Source: the human T2T-CHM13v2.0 reference genome, Homo sapiens
Length of the DNA: 64,000 nt
Direction: 5' to 3' (one strand)
Assembly: GCF_009914755.1 (NCBI RefSeq)
Contig: NC_060930.1
Below the pieces are notes generated by a model. That model did not search any database and was not told where the DNA came from. It worked only from the letters and a program-made list of their open reading frames with translations. The stretch's first letter is position 1, and each line of letters begins with the position of its first letter. Shown here piece after piece: positions 28,804 through 42,987 of this stretch. A program made the position numbers and the translations under genes.

Positions 28804-31800
28804 GTGATTACCCAAAACAGCTCTGGTTTGTTTACTTCTGTCTTTCCTCTGCCACCACACTAGAAGAGTAAGAGGAATGTTTTTTGGGGATGTGCATTAC
28901 TAACGCCCCTTACACACGTACTTGACGTCTGGGGCCATGTCTACCACGTTCATTCCCACCTGAACATAGTGGGTGTTCAGCAAATACCTGCTGAAGAAGT
29001 AATAAAATAATCTCAAGTATCTATTTGTTTTCCAAATGACATCTGCTTATTTTTAATGTGTATAACACTTTCAATTACTTTCTCCTACAATTCTCTAATT
29101 TGCATGTTAAACTTTAGATAAGACTAATTAATAGTAACATCTGCCCTATATGTTTTTTTAAAAAATAGACCCTACATCAAAAGATGTTCAAAATAAACCA
29201 AAAGGATGCTCAAATAGGTCTATTTGAAATGCTCAAATAGTCTCACTCCTCTTTGTAGCAAGATCTTCCCCACCAAAAATAACTAGAAAAAATTTTTTAA
29301 CTCCCAAAGAACACGTAAGGCAGGAAAAAATACGTATTTCATGTTAGTAGTTTTTAAATAATCTATGCCGTAGGGTCAGAAAACAGACATTAGTGAGAAT
29401 GAGCCCAGAATTCTAAATTCCCATGAAATATTTATTCAATTTGAAAACAATGTTACCAAGTTTACGACTTCCAGTCTTTTAGGTGAGCCAAAGTAGGAAC
29501 TAGGTACTCTTGTAAGACATTATACATAAAAGCCTTCCAAAAATATGACTTTCCTATCCCTTTTCACAGTTTCGTCACCTAAAATTTAACTAAACCTTCA
29601 ACAATTGGTAATAATTTAACCCATCTCTTTTTAATTACAGTTCATTCAAGTAAGTAAATATAGTATAACTGTGCAGGGAATTTTAATGTCATAGTACCTA
29701 TTTGTTTTTAATTTAGAACCTGTGTTACATTTCTCTGTAATTCAATTGATTAAGAAGCCAAGTAGATGTGATATTTTGTGATATGATAAAGAAAAGTTAT
29801 ACTACTTCAAACCTGGAGCTTTTAACATATGAATTCAATTATAAAATAGCAATATCTCAACTAACTCCTGCAGTGGCTCTACTGTTATTTTCTACTTGGG
29901 AAAGTTAAGAGTTCAAGAAGGTCTTTGTCAAAAACTTAAGCAGGCAAGCATACAGACATGTTAACAATTCAGAATCCACCCAAGCTTAGACAAAACACTG
30001 CTTCAAGCAGCGAGCATTGCAGGACCAACATTTCAAAGAATTTTTCCTAAAAAGAAAGAGCAACAAAAAAATCAACAGGACAAAACCTCAAAAACATTAC
30101 AACAATTTTTAGATAATAATACAAGTTATAGGATATTCCTTATGTGCTTAAAATTTACACTTAAACAATACATATTCTCTAACTGCACAGCCCCAAACCC
30201 ATGTTTTGCAAGGGAATAAAAACTATAAAGTTATTAAGAATTGCTGGAGAAAACATCCTTAGTGGTCTTTGTGTTAGAAAGGACCTGCTTTCTTTAATTA
30301 TCAACTTTTCCACTTATACCAAAATTAGATTAACTTGTAAAAAAAAAAAAAAAAAAAAAACTAAATTAGAAACATTGAGCTTACTACTTGAAAACAACAT
30401 GACATTCATTTTTCACATGTGCAGCTCGACATGGATTCTGACTATAAACCATAAGAGCGTGTGTCATCCTCTGGAAAGCTTAAAAGGGCAGTATTTTCTG
30501 AATGGTTACTCCTGTAAAAAATAATCAGTTTAAGTCTTTAAAAAGAAAAATATCACCTTTTCTTATCATTTCTTCTGTATGCCCATGGCATTCTTTTACT
30601 TAACTTGTATCCCCTAAGGTTACTCCCTTTCTAGGTGGCTTAGGAACCTTAGGGACAGGGAAATCAAAATTAGCCCCCTACTGTACATTATTTTTGTCCC
30701 AGTATTTTTGAATTCAATAAAGGGGGCGTGGGCTCTCACTGCTGATCTCTGTCCACAGTATTAGAAATCATAAAACTGTAATCCACAGCAAAAGCTCACC
30801 ACAGGTGGCAAATATCACTGAGGGAAGCCTTTTTAGACTGTCCTGACTCAAGAGTCCCTCAAAATACGTAGCAAGGAATCCCTTGATTTATGGTAGTTGG
30901 TGAAACCTGGCAGTGGGGGTGGACTCTGCAGCTCTAAATTCTAATTCCAGCTGCTCATTAATCTGTCATTTACTAATGGTGGGACCTTAGGCCCATTAAG
31001 CTCTTTGGGTTTCAATCTTTTTCATTTGTGACATGAAAATAACAATACAGACCCAATGGTCTTGACAAAGCAGTTGTAGGAATTAAATGGGATATTTGAT
31101 GTAAACTCACTTTGAAAAAGGAGAGCAAATAAAATACAAATTGATTTTGTCATAAAGGTACACAAAACAGTTCTACTATAGTTTGGGGTGAAGGAGGGGC
31201 ACATACGGAGTAAAAAAATAAAACAAGGGTAGTCCCAGAGCAGATTGCTGGGCCGTGCTTCAGTGCAGGGCAGCTAGGAAGAGCACCCTTTAAAAACTAA
31301 CCCACATAAGGAGAATACCAATCAGCGAGCATTAGAGGACACAGCAGGACCAGAAGAAAGCACAGTGGGGTCTATGAGAATAGGAGGACGAAGGCTAGAA
31401 TTCAAGCTTAAGGGGGAGAAGGGGTAAACTAACACTCTTCAGAGTTTCTGATTAAATGAAAAAGTGAACAAGGTAATGTTCCTTACATACTTTGAGGCAA
31501 CAACTAAAACAAGTACTTTAGCAGCAACGTCAAGATGACCTACGGAGTGTTAATTTTTCATTTAAATATTTTCAAAATTAAAATAAACCTGCCTTTGGGC
31601 TCCTTAGAAAAAGAGCTGATTCCAGATCTGGTGCAGGAAAAATGTATGAATCCTCTTGTCATACCAGAAAGCAATGAAGCAAAGACTATCAAGCCTGTAT
31701 CAAAAGGACACAGAGGCCAAATGGAAAGGTTCACAGATTAGGACAACTAGAACTTCAACAATAGGACAACAAGCTTCAACTGACACACATCAACAATATT

Positions 31801-31941
31801 TCATTCCATGAATTCATAATGGTACTAAAAACAAAATTAGTCACCATTGGAAATTGGTATGAAACCAAGTCATTAAAAACTGGTAAAGAAAAATAACTGA
31901 TCATTTATTTTGCCTTTTCTATACCTCAGAGTAACCGAATA

Positions 31942-32281
31942 CAGTTGGCCCCTATATCCATCGGTTCCTCATTGAGGATTCAACCAACTGCAGATCAAAA
32001 ATATGAGGGAAAAAAAATGGATGGTTTTGCACCTGTAATGAACATGTACAGACCTTTATTGTCATTATTCCCTAAACAATACAGTATAACAACTATTTAC
32101 ATAGCATTTTCATTGTATTAGATATTATAAGTAATCTAAGTATGATTTATCATACATAGCAGAATGTGTGCAGGTTACATGCAAATATTATGCCATTTTA
32201 TTTAAGGGACTTGAGCATCTGTGGATGCTGGTGTCTGCGAGGGTCCTGGAATCTATCCTTCATGGATACCAAGGAATGATT
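31942..32281. mobile_element. MER2 (Tigger family) MITE
   Basis: TA-cagttggccc...ttccctaaacaatacagtataacaactatttacatagcattt...catggataccaagg. Confidence 0.85.
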
Positions 32282-32309
32282 ACACTTATGAGCTTCTTTT
32301 TTTACATAA

Positions 32310-32445
32310 ATTTTCTTTCTTTCTTTTAAGAGACAAGGTCTCACTATGTTGGTTGGGCTAGTCTTGAATTCATAGCCTCAAGTGATCCTCCCTCCTCAGC
32401 CTCCCAAAGTGCTGGGATTACAGGCAAGAGCCACCATATCCAGCA
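32310..32445 (-). mobile_element. Alu monomer (FLAM-like)
   Basis: Reverse left arm ...cctcccaaagtgctgggattacagg. Confidence 0.8.
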
Positions 32446-32893
32446 GGAGCTTCTCTTTTTAAAAGTATTCCACTAATCACTGAAGAAAAAACTACAGAAT
32501 TAGATTATCACAACTTTGCAACTTCTAATGAAATAATGGATAATCTTGAGAATGATCTTCAATGGTTGCTGATATTACATGAAGAAAACCAAGACATCAC
32601 ATGCTTCTTAATGTAAGTACGTTAAGACCAACTGTGAAGTACTTTTGTCTCCACCCCACATCAAGAAAAATCAAGACTGAATCTGATTAAGTCTTTAAAT
32701 CTAAACATCAATTTACAGGAAATAAAGGGATAAAAGAACACTTTGGGAATATAACCAAATTCAGACTATGGAAGAAACAAAACACAGCAAATGGCTCAGT
32801 GTCCTCAACAAACAGATTATAAGAGAGGATGGGGAAGGGAGAAAGAGACACATACAGAGATAGAGACACAGAGAAAAAGAGACAGAGAGAGGA

Positions 32894-33228
32894 TGTTATT
32901 AGTCCGTTTTCAAGCTGCTGATAAAGACATAACTCAGACTGGGTAATTTATGAAGAAAAAGAGGTTTAATGAACTCACAGTTCCACATGGCTGGGGAGGT
33001 CTCACAATCATGGCAGAAAGCAAAAGGAAAAATGAGAGCCAAGCAAAAGGGTTTCCCTTTATAAAACCATCAGATCTCATGAGACTCACTCACTACCACA
33101 AGAACAGCATGGGGGCAACCACCCCCATGACTCAGTGATCTCCCACCGGGTCCTTCCCACAACACGTGGGAGTAATGGAGCTATAATTCGAGATGAGATT
33201 TGGGTAGAGATACAGCCAAACCATATCA
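32894..33228 (-). mobile_element. THE1 (MaLR) solo LTR
   Basis: tattagtccgttttca..gctgctgataaagacata...cagccaaaccatatca is reverse THE1B/C consensus. Confidence 0.88.
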
Positions 33229-34204
33229 GTGGGGGAAGGAGGGAGAAAGAGACAGTAGAGAGGGAGAAGAGAGAAAGAGATGGGGAGGGAAGAAAAATAG
33301 GAGAAAGGAAGGAAAGGAAGGAAGGGGGAAAGGAGGTAATTAAAGACAGGCTAAGAGACATTGACCAATTTAATGTATCACCTTATTCGGACCCTGATTC
33401 AAACAAATTATTAAAAATAATTATGAGACAATTAGTGAAATCTGAACATTGATAGACATCTAATTGTGTTAACAAACTATTATTAACTTAGTAAATACAA
33501 TAAAGGTTGTGTAGTTACTTTTTCAAAGAGCCAATTAAAGATATATAATATAATAAATACAGCTGAAATCATATACAGTGACCAGAATTTACTGTAAAAA
33601 ATTTGGAAGGGGATCACGGAAACATAGAGCTACATATGAAATAAATTTGTCTATGAGTTAATAATTACAATTAGAGGATGGGTATGTGGGGGCTCACTAT
33701 ACTATGATTTTTACTTCAGTATATATTTGAAAACTTCCTTAATAAAAAGTTTAAATAAATAAGGCTGCCTTGAATCATTTTGGGAATAGGACAGCATATA
33801 GACTTAAAAGATTTTAGATTAAATAGTTTTAAAGGGGACAATATATGCTACTTAAGGAGTTACAATGAAAGATATTTTGATTTCTAGTTACACAGCATTT
33901 AAAGTTCAGAAATATGTACATAATGTGTTTAAACTCAATTGAAGAGACTAACAATCTCATTCCATAATTCCTACATTATAAGTTATTTTGAACATTTTAA
34001 CAAAAACATGATCTTTACTGGCTTAAGTTAGTATGAAACAGATTCTACCTTAATCAGAGTAACAGGCATGTGTTTCCAGAGTGCTATGAACCTCTAAGAT
34101 TACATGGAGGTGTGTGCAGGTGTAAGCGTGTGTGAGCACGTGTGCACATGGGTAAACTGCACTCACACTTCTTTGTGGGAAAGAGCCTGACTTCAGTTAA
34201 AGAG

Positions 34205-34303
34205 GTCTGAGCTGGTGTGGCAGCACGCACCTGCAGTCTCAGGTACTCAGAAGACTGAGACAGGAGGAGCACTTGAGCCCAGGAGTTCAATGCCAGCCTG
34301 GGT
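34205..34303 (+). mobile_element. Alu fragment
   Basis: cacttgagcccaggagttcaatgccagcctggg. Confidence 0.7.
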
Positions 34304-36581
34304 CACTGAAACCTGCTTAACTATCAACTTGCACACATACAAATTTTCTAAGGAGGAAGCACATCTGTAATATAATCACTAGGATTCTTCATAGCCCTTT
34401 GTGCTATCCCTTTTACACTGCATTTACGTGCTCCAAACACCCCCAAAGTGCTTTAAGTTGGCTGCTTCCCACCCGCCTCTCCTGGGCAGGTGCCTCTGCA
34501 GCAGCCCCTGCACCTCAACCCCTTTTCGCAGCCAACTCCCATGGCTCCTCACGGAAAGGGAGCTCAGTGGTTCCTACTCCAGGACACTTCCCCGAGACTT
34601 GGCAAGGTTTGCACCATTCTGAGACCCGCACATCAGACCTCCCTGCCAGCCTCCCGCAGCCGCCCTGGCTTCAGCCGCCCACCTGGCCTGAGCGCTCAGC
34701 ACGTGGACTCGAGCTGGCTCTGCACCCAGCTCAGAACACAGCTCTCAACTGTAAGCATCAGGTAAGCAGCTTGGCATTGGTCACTAGAGGGACAGAGATC
34801 ATCAGACAGCAGTTTCTGTGAAGCCCACACTGGGACACCTGGCTGCACCCCCTCCCACCTGACCCTCCCCTGCTTCCTGGCCTGCCCTGCTTAATTTCCC
34901 CTCACCTCACTCTGCACCACACCAAGAGCTGCCAGTTCTATTACCAGGACACGTGTTTGCCTGTAATAGAGAGCTGCCATATATTTTTAACATACTATAA
35001 TACTTTAATAATACAACTTAATATTTATATAGTAAAATATATGACATGTAATAATATTTTCAATATTAAGTGAAGGTTTATGTTTGTGGTTTGTTGTTTA
35101 ACTTTAAGGGAGAAACACATATAATCTCATTAACTTGCTTTTGAACTAAGCCTTTTACTGGGGTAAGGTAGGAGAAACACCTCCCAACTCTGTTTTAAAT
35201 AGTAAACATCAAAATGTGCTTACAATAATGCTGCAAATAGCTTATAAAGTGATGGTATCTTCTGAAGATTAAACTTGCAAACATCTTAACACACATAAGG
35301 CCTGGTATATATAAGCACTCAATATGTTTCAGCTGCTATTAGTGGCTTTGCATGTTAATAACTGAACTATCAGGGCACTTTAATAAAGGTAAGTAAGCCC
35401 CTCCCATTCCCCTCCAAGCCTCCCAGTGCCCCCCAAAGCCCTGGATGAACTGAGTTAACTGGAGCCAAAGCCTACCAAGAAACAGCCCTACACATCCTTC
35501 TTTTAAAGGAGTAAAGAAAAGATTAGTTTTGATCCAGAAAATAAAAAGTCAAGCAGTATTTTACCCAAGTTAATTTGGACTCTGGAATTATTCTGCCAGT
35601 GTCTAAAGGACAAAGTGACTGAAAACAACTGCTCTCGGGCTCCAAATGAGCTGACAAGTGGTTTGTCAAGTGAGTATTCACGATCACCTGTGGGGGTACC
35701 CCTAAGCCCCAAAACGCCTTCCAAACCTCCTCACCACCTTTCCTCACTGCTTCCCCAGCACCACCCCAAGCCTGACCATTTTCTCACTTACTCCCCTTTT
35801 TGTAACATATGCAGAGTTGGAGCGAACACCTCAGAGAAAAAGAGGAAAAGAAAGAGAAGAAAGTTGAGGATTACGATGAACTCATCTGAATACCAAGACA
35901 ACACCCAGACTCACCTCTGGAAATGCACAGGTGAAAGAAAAGCAAGGCAGTAAACAGCAAAAAGGAACCCCATCTTTCTCCACCTCAAGTCCACAGAAAT
36001 TGCCTCCCTTCTAAGTTTTAAACAAGGGATGAAGATATCTTTGACCACCGGAAGTGAAAAATTAGGACAAACCAGTTAGATCAGATCATCCGTAAATTAC
36101 AAAATTTTTCACCTTATATTGTTTCTTGGACTAAGACACTCTGTCTTTGCCAGAAAGTAGTGATTCACTTTTGCAAATATACTATGATACCACACTTTTA
36201 CATCTTGCAATGGAAAATAAGCAATTTTTAAAAATTCACCTCAGAGAGTACAGAACATTATCTTAATTTTTATCTTTCCCAAATAATTATTAAATATATT
36301 TAATATGCACAATTGTAATTATGAATCTTCTATATATCTTAATGTGCATTCTAAAGTATTTCAGATTACAATCACCAGATCATTTATTGAGAGCTATGTT
36401 ACGTGCCAACAACCCTGAAATTAGAGTTAATTATCTTCATTCTATACATTATGAAACTGAGGTTTGTAGAGGCTAAAGTTTATTCAGGGTCACAAGGTTC
36501 CAAGAGCTAACCTAACACCTGTGCTTTTTCACAGATTCTAAGCATTAGGAATTTCTTTAAAAATCTCTTAATAAATAAATA

Positions 36582-36745
36582 GGCTGGGCACAGTGATTCA
36601 GGCCTGAGTTCTGGCTACTTGGGAGGTTGAGGAGGGAGGACCGCTTGAGCCCAGGAGGTCAAGGCTGAAGTGAGCTACGATCATACCACTGTACTCCAGC
36701 CTGGGCGACAGAGCAAGACCCTGTGTGAAAAACAAAAAAAGAAAG
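36582..36745 (+). mobile_element. Alu monomer (FRAM/AluJ-like)
   Basis: ggctgggcacagtg...cactgtactccagcctgggcgacagagcaagaccctg followed by an A-rich tail. Confidence 0.8.
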
Positions 36746-37084
36746 TAAACAGGCAACAGGTCGGTCCTCTGAGAAGAGGAAATGGGGAGGTGGCGGACAG
36801 GCATAGGACGACTCACCTGAATACCCATTTGCATCTTTATATTTTAAATTAGCTGAATATATTACCTACCCAGAAGATAAATAAAAATTTGGAAATAAAG
36901 CAAAATCTAAATAGAAGCCAGATGATAGAGAGGGTAGAAACTTGAGTCCTACAGAACCAGTTTGGCTGAAGAGCATGCTGTCATTAGGCCATCAGCCAAC
37001 AGTGCATCCTGTTAAGTGAGAAGACAACATAGAACTTACTATATGGACGATATTCGTAATCACTTTACACAGGATCCTCTAAAC

Positions 37085-37340
37085 CAGTGCTTCTCAAACT
37101 GTCTGCAGTAAAGAACTAGTTATTGTCAGCATCCTCATTTTAAATTTCTAATCCATCATGAACTGGTTCTTTTGTAAAATACAACTGAAGGTGAGTTACT
37201 AAAAAAAAATGATTAGATGTAAATGTCTCAGGAACTTGCTATAAAAGCTTCTAAATTTACTCTCATTTTCTGTACTTACCTTGTCACAGACCAGTAACAA
37301 ACAGAGCACCGACCACACCAGTTAAAAGACCACACCTCCT
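37085..37340. mobile_element. hAT-Charlie-type DNA transposon fragment
   Basis: cagtgcttctcaaact terminus. Similar to 2240-2520. Confidence 0.45.
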
Positions 37341-37461
37341 GGGCACCAACTTAAACCAGAAACTTTAAAAAAAAATTCCCTCTGATTTCAGTATCATGAA
37401 TATTGCTCCTGAGCAGCCGGGTCACTTCCGTTTTCTTCAAATGTCATAAATTATACAACTA

Positions 37462-38462
37462 CAGGTTAAGCATCCCTAATCTGAAAATCCAAAATGTCCC
37501 CAAATCCAAAACTTTTTTAGTGTCAACATGGCACCAGAAGTGGAAAATTCCACCCCTCTGGTCCCAAGCATTTCAGATAAGGGATATTCAACCTATAATG
37601 GTGACAATGAAGATGATGTCAACACTGCAGAAAAAGTGCCCAGAGACAACATGTTGAAAATGTGTGAAGGGCTTATTCAAGGGCTAGGGCAGTGTGCATT
37701 CACAATAAAACATGAAATCCTGTCAGTGTATAAAATCAAAGACTTGTAAGACAAAAATCATGGCTAATGAGGCAGATGACTCCGGAGGAAACATCTTTAA
37801 AAGCCATCCAGCAGAACGCCTCCTTATCCCTAGAGGACTCAATTTCCCGGTCCTTCAATACTTCTGATGTTTCTTTTCACCCACCAAACACAAGATACAG
37901 GTACGGTAACCTTTTAGTCAACACAAGGCCTCACAGATGGAGACGGAAAGCCTGCTGCTGTGTGCTGTTGCTGTGGTTTAGCAGCTGGTACAGATGTCTG
38001 GTGATGCTCTGTGCTGCTTGGTTACCCTGACACTTATTTTCTCGCTGTAATAATGGCATGTCATATTTTTTACTGTTAAGTGCTTTAATGTGAATAGATG
38101 TGAGACAATAATTGCTTATACGTAGCATATAAATTCAGCCTCAAGAAGGATGGGGATGCCAGACAACTACAGACTGTCCACATGGGTGGCTCAGATAGAG
38201 TCACCTTCACTTTCTGACAGTTCAATGTACACAAACTTTGCTACACACATAAAATTACTTAATGTGTTGTATAAAATTACCTTCGGGCTATGTGTTTAAG
38301 GTATATATGAAGATAAACAAATTTCATGTTTAAACTTGGGTCCCACCCCCAAGATTTGTATATACATTTCTCTACGTATATGAAAATATTTCAAAATCGG
38401 AAAAAAAAAAAATCTGAAACACTTGTGCTCCCAAGCACTTCAGATAAGGGATACTCAACCTG
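37462..38462 (+). mobile_element. Tigger4/Zombi composite (short MITE abutting the 3' part of Tigger4)
   Basis: Left TIR TA-caggttaagcatccctaatc. Right-TIR sequence ataagggatattcaacct at ~37577-37595 and ataagggatactcaacctg-TA ending at 38462-38464. Confidence 0.8.
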
Positions 38463-38525
38463 TACTTGTATGTCCCTGTTTGATAATGGTAATAAAGCTG
38501 TGGCCTTCTAAGAAGGGATGTACAA

Positions 38526-38840
38526 GCTCAGGCACAGTGGTTCACACCTGGAATCCAAGCATTTGGGGAGGCCAACGTGGGAAGATCACTTGAGATTAGG
38601 AGTTCACAACCAGCGTGGGGAATACAGCAAGACCCCGTCTATACAGAAATTTTTTAATTAGCCAGGCATGGTAATGTACACCTGTAGTACATTACCACAA
38701 GTAATGTACTCCTCAGGAGACTGAGGTGGGAGGATTGCTTGAATCTAAGAGTTTGAGGTTACAGGAGCCACTGTACTCCAGCCTAGGCAACAGAGCAAGA
38801 AGCAACACCCAATCTCAAACAAATAAACAAAAAAACACAA
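38526..38840 (+). mobile_element. AluJ-like SINE (diverged)
   Basis: Dimeric Alu with an A-rich tail. Confidence 0.8.
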
Positions 38841-39018
38841 AATTGTGGCTCAAAGATTACCTCTCAGCTTTATTCCTGGCTTCACGTAGAATTCCAGTTC
38901 TCACTTGTAATATCATGATTTATCCATCTGTTTTGACTTCAATTGCATTTTATTATTTTAATCAAGCTCCCTTAAACACAATATTACATTACTTAAAGTA
39001 GTGTCATCTAAAATGTTC

Positions 39019-39318
39019 TTTTTTTTTTTGAGACGGAGTCTTGCTCTGTCACCCAGGCTAGAGTGCGGTGGCGCAATCTCGGCTCACTGCAAGCTCCGCC
39101 TCCCGGCCTCCCGGGTTCACACCATTCTCCTGCCTCAGCCTCCAGAGTAGCTGGGACTACAGGCACCCGCCACCACGACCGGCTAATTTTTTGTATTTTT
39201 AGTAGAGACGGGGTTTCACCGTGTTAGCTAGGATGGTCTCCATATCCTGACCTCGTGATCCGACTGCCTCGGCCTCCCAAAGTGCTGGGATTACAGGAGT
39301 GAGCCACCATGCCCGGCC
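39019..39318 (-). mobile_element. AluY-like SINE
   Basis: CpG-rich, gcaagctccgcc and caccgtgttagc diagnostics. TSD taaaatgttcttt. Internal 8-bp duplication gcctcccg. Confidence 0.93.
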
Positions 39319-40049
39319 TTAAAATGTTCTTTTAACAAAGGGATTTTAGTGAATTTTGCAACATGAGTAAATGAATTAATGAGAATATCATATTCACATT
39401 ATAGCAGTCCCAAGCAAAAAGAAAACAAACAACAACGAAAAAAGAAAATACTCTCAGAATGTGCCATGGGGTATAAAAGAAGAAAAAGAAGACAATCTGT
39501 GGCCACTGCCCACAGGGGCAACAGGAAACTTGGTGCTGCCCCTTTAAGAAGCCGCCAGGTCAGTGGGAAGAAAAAGAGAAAATGAAAGTCAAAGGGCCGT
39601 AAAGAAACAGGTTTTCTTAAATAGGAAATACAAAAATTAAACAGTAATTCTACCTAAATTATTCTCCAAAATAATGAAAAGCAACAATGTTTCAGTCTAG
39701 GCTCCCCTGCATGGAGGTGATTAGCTGGAAGCGACTAGTATGCTGAAGTCTGATAATGACAGCTTTTACACACTGTCACCAAATTACGATGCAAATTCTA
39801 TGGAAATCATTAGACCAGCACTCACTGTAAGAAGTATGATCTGGGATTGAGTTTTGGAGCTTCTCAGAGGTTTACTCCGATCCTGTCAATCTGACTGCAG
39901 AGCTGCTTTCCCTAGGCGTCTAAAATGCTCTCCTGGGGTTAGAGACCACACCCTGGTGCAGTGAATGGGATTCCTCCAATTCCAAATGGCTCCAAAACCT
40001 CTGCTTTCTCCCTCAACTGCTTCCATTCTCACTGCTTATCTCCGACCCT

Positions 40050-40730
40050 TTGGCCCAAATGTCTCCATTCATTCGGTGCCTCATTACACAATTATTGGGT
40101 ACTCATCAGGTGCTTAAGCACTGGTGAATGTAAACAATAGAAGCTTGGTCCTTGAGGCATACTGATTCTGTTAGGCAATTTAAGAATACTCACAGCAAAG
40201 GGGGAATACTGTAATAGACGCAATTACCAGCCAATTAGGAACAAAAAAAGGAAATGCTGTACTAAGAAATGCTGTGCTGCTTGAGAAGGTCAGGGCAGGC
40301 TGAGAGTGGAGCACAGGATGAGTGGCAGGTTTCCAGGCGGTCAGTAGGCACCACAGTAGGTGTGGGGGAAATCTGGACAGATACAAACACGAGCAACATT
40401 GAGAAAGACAGTGAGGCAGTTAATTTTGTGTGCTAACTAGGATATGCCAACCAGACTTGGTCAAACACCTGCCTAGATGTTGCTCTGAAGGCTATTTTTT
40501 AGATGTGATTAACATTTAAATCAGTACACTGAGTAATACTCCCTACAATGTGAGTGGGCTTCATCCACTCAAAGACATTACCCAGGAGGAACAACTAATT
40601 CTGCCTCCAAGCGGCCTAGATGTTGGACTGGAGCTGCAACATCAACTCTTTCCTGTGTCTCTAGCTTGCCAGCCAGCCCTGCAAATCTCAGACTTGCCAG
40701 CCCCCACAATGACATGAACCAATTCCTTCA

Positions 40731-40762
<32 letters not shown>

Positions 40763-41870
40763 GCGCGCTCTCTCTCTCTCTATATATATATACACACATA
40801 TATATATATCCATATCCATCCATCCCACTGGTTCTGTTTCTCCAGAGAACCATGACTAATGTGGATATGGTGAATTCAAGAAACTATCCGTACAAAATGG
40901 CTGGGTTACAAAACACACACAAGCCAGGGGGCATGTGGTGCAAAGGCAGGAAAGTGCTAGTCACAAAGGCACTGGGACACTGGAGAGTTTACACTCCCCC
41001 CAGGGCAAGAGAGAGCCACCAATAGTTTAAGCTGAGGAGCGACCATCTGACATGATCAGATGGTCACTCCAGCTAAAACTCACTGGCAGCAAATGAATGG
41101 AAAAAAAAAAGACTGGAAGCAGAAGACCAGGTAGGAGGTTACTATAACAGCCCAGGCAGGACAAGGTAACTGATGTGGGCAAGGAAAGGACAAGAGATGA
41201 CACCGCTACCAAAGCTATGCTAGTGGGGTAAAATCAGCAGGACCTGCTGGTGAAGACATGAGGAGTGAGGGGAAAGGAGGACGATAGGATGACTCCAAGA
41301 TTTCTGACTTTGGCTCCCAAATGGATTGTGGTCCTGCTTTGAAATAGGGTGGGGAAAAACACAGAGATGATAGAAGGGAGGGACATGTGGAGTAGGAGAT
41401 GTCTATGAAATACCTACATGGAAATGTTGAGGCATTTGGAACTCAGGGTCTGGAACTCAGGAAACAAATCTGGACTGGAGACAAGGCTTTGGGATTCACA
41501 AGGGAAGAGTGACTGCAGTTGTAGACATAGAAAGTGAACAAAGTAGGAGAGAGTCAGGAATGGTATGTTAAGACACACTAACCTGCAAGGGTGGGCAGAA
41601 CAATGCACTGACAAAGAGGTACAAGGAAAACCAGCAGAGGAGGGAAAATCAAGAGGAAAAGTGACAGTGATAACACACGCCAACAAAGCAAGTAAGACAA
41701 GGACTGAAGTTGCAGGGTTTAGCCGTGAAAGGTAATTTAGAAGATCTTATATAACAACAGTTTAGGGTAGGATGGGGAAAGCAACCAAATATAATGAGTT
41801 GAACAGTCCTTAAGAGATAAGAAAATGGACATAGTGACTGAAGCCACTGGGCTGTGAAACAAAGGCTGGG
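40050..41870 (-). mobile_element. L2 fragment(s), interrupted by an MLT2 LTR
   Basis: cattcattc tail at ~40066; gaccaggtaggaggttactataacagcccaggcag; ggatgactccaagatttctgactt. Confidence 0.65.
40412..40862 (+). mobile_element. MLT2 (ERVL) LTR with internal (TCAA)n/(CT)n/(AT)n microsatellite
   Basis: gttaattttgtgtg...tagatgtgattaacatttaaatcagta...ctggttctgtttctccagagaaccatgactaat. Confidence 0.82.
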
Positions 41871-42449
41871 GGAATAATGAGAAAGATACTGACAGCCCGT
41901 TGTGGAACCCTAGAAATTATCCACCCTTATTGACACAGGTGTTGGGTTACTGTGCTTCATCTTTAATTCAGCTCTGTTGCAGGGATCCCTAATGCAGAAC
42001 ACTGACCACAGGGCCACAATGACTTCTGGACATTAGACTCAGACAACTTGGCATTTTCAGTTTGGTGATGATGTTGGAAACTGTTTTCAATTTGCAACCT
42101 AATTGCTTCCCAAATAAAGATCTCAATGATGCTTCTCATAGGAGAAATACATATATTCTAAAGAGTGCACTGAGTAGTTTTTAGCTATTTTACATATAAT
42201 TTTATAGTTATAGGAGCGAAGATCAGTGATCAGAAATATTTTATGTACAAGTTTGGTATTATGTCTCAGAGAAAAAAAATCATAAGTATAGCATTTGTTA
42301 ATGAACACCAAGTACCTTCATAAAAACATGTTTATTTGAACATGCAAATAAGAGTTAGTTGTTTACTCTCATCAAAATTATAGCGTGTCTTCAGGAAAAG
42401 AATTCTAGGTCAAAGCAGACTAATGTTCAGGACAGCCAAGAGTAAAACA

Positions 42450-42620
42450 TTAATGAATATTTATTAATATTATGTGCCAGACACTGTGTCCTTCAACCCT
42501 CACCTATGGCTAGTACCATTATCCTCACTTTACAAAAGAGAAAACTGAGGCACAGAGAGGCTGAATAATTACTTGAAAGTCACAGAACTGAGAACTGGCA
42601 GAGAGGAGATTTGAACGCAC
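42450..42620 (-). mobile_element. MIR
   Basis: tttacaaaagagaaaactgaggcacagagagg core. Confidence 0.75.
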
Positions 42621-42646
42621 GTACGTCCACACGATGTCAGACGCTA

Positions 42647-42987
<341 letters not shown>

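Larger units (their letters stand above)
31540..33760 (+). mobile_element. Old L1M 3' region, fragmented by MER2, FLAM and THE1 insertions
   Basis: L1M-type 3' UTR ending ggatgggtatgtgggggctcactatact...aataaaaagtttaaataaataa. Confidence 0.6.
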
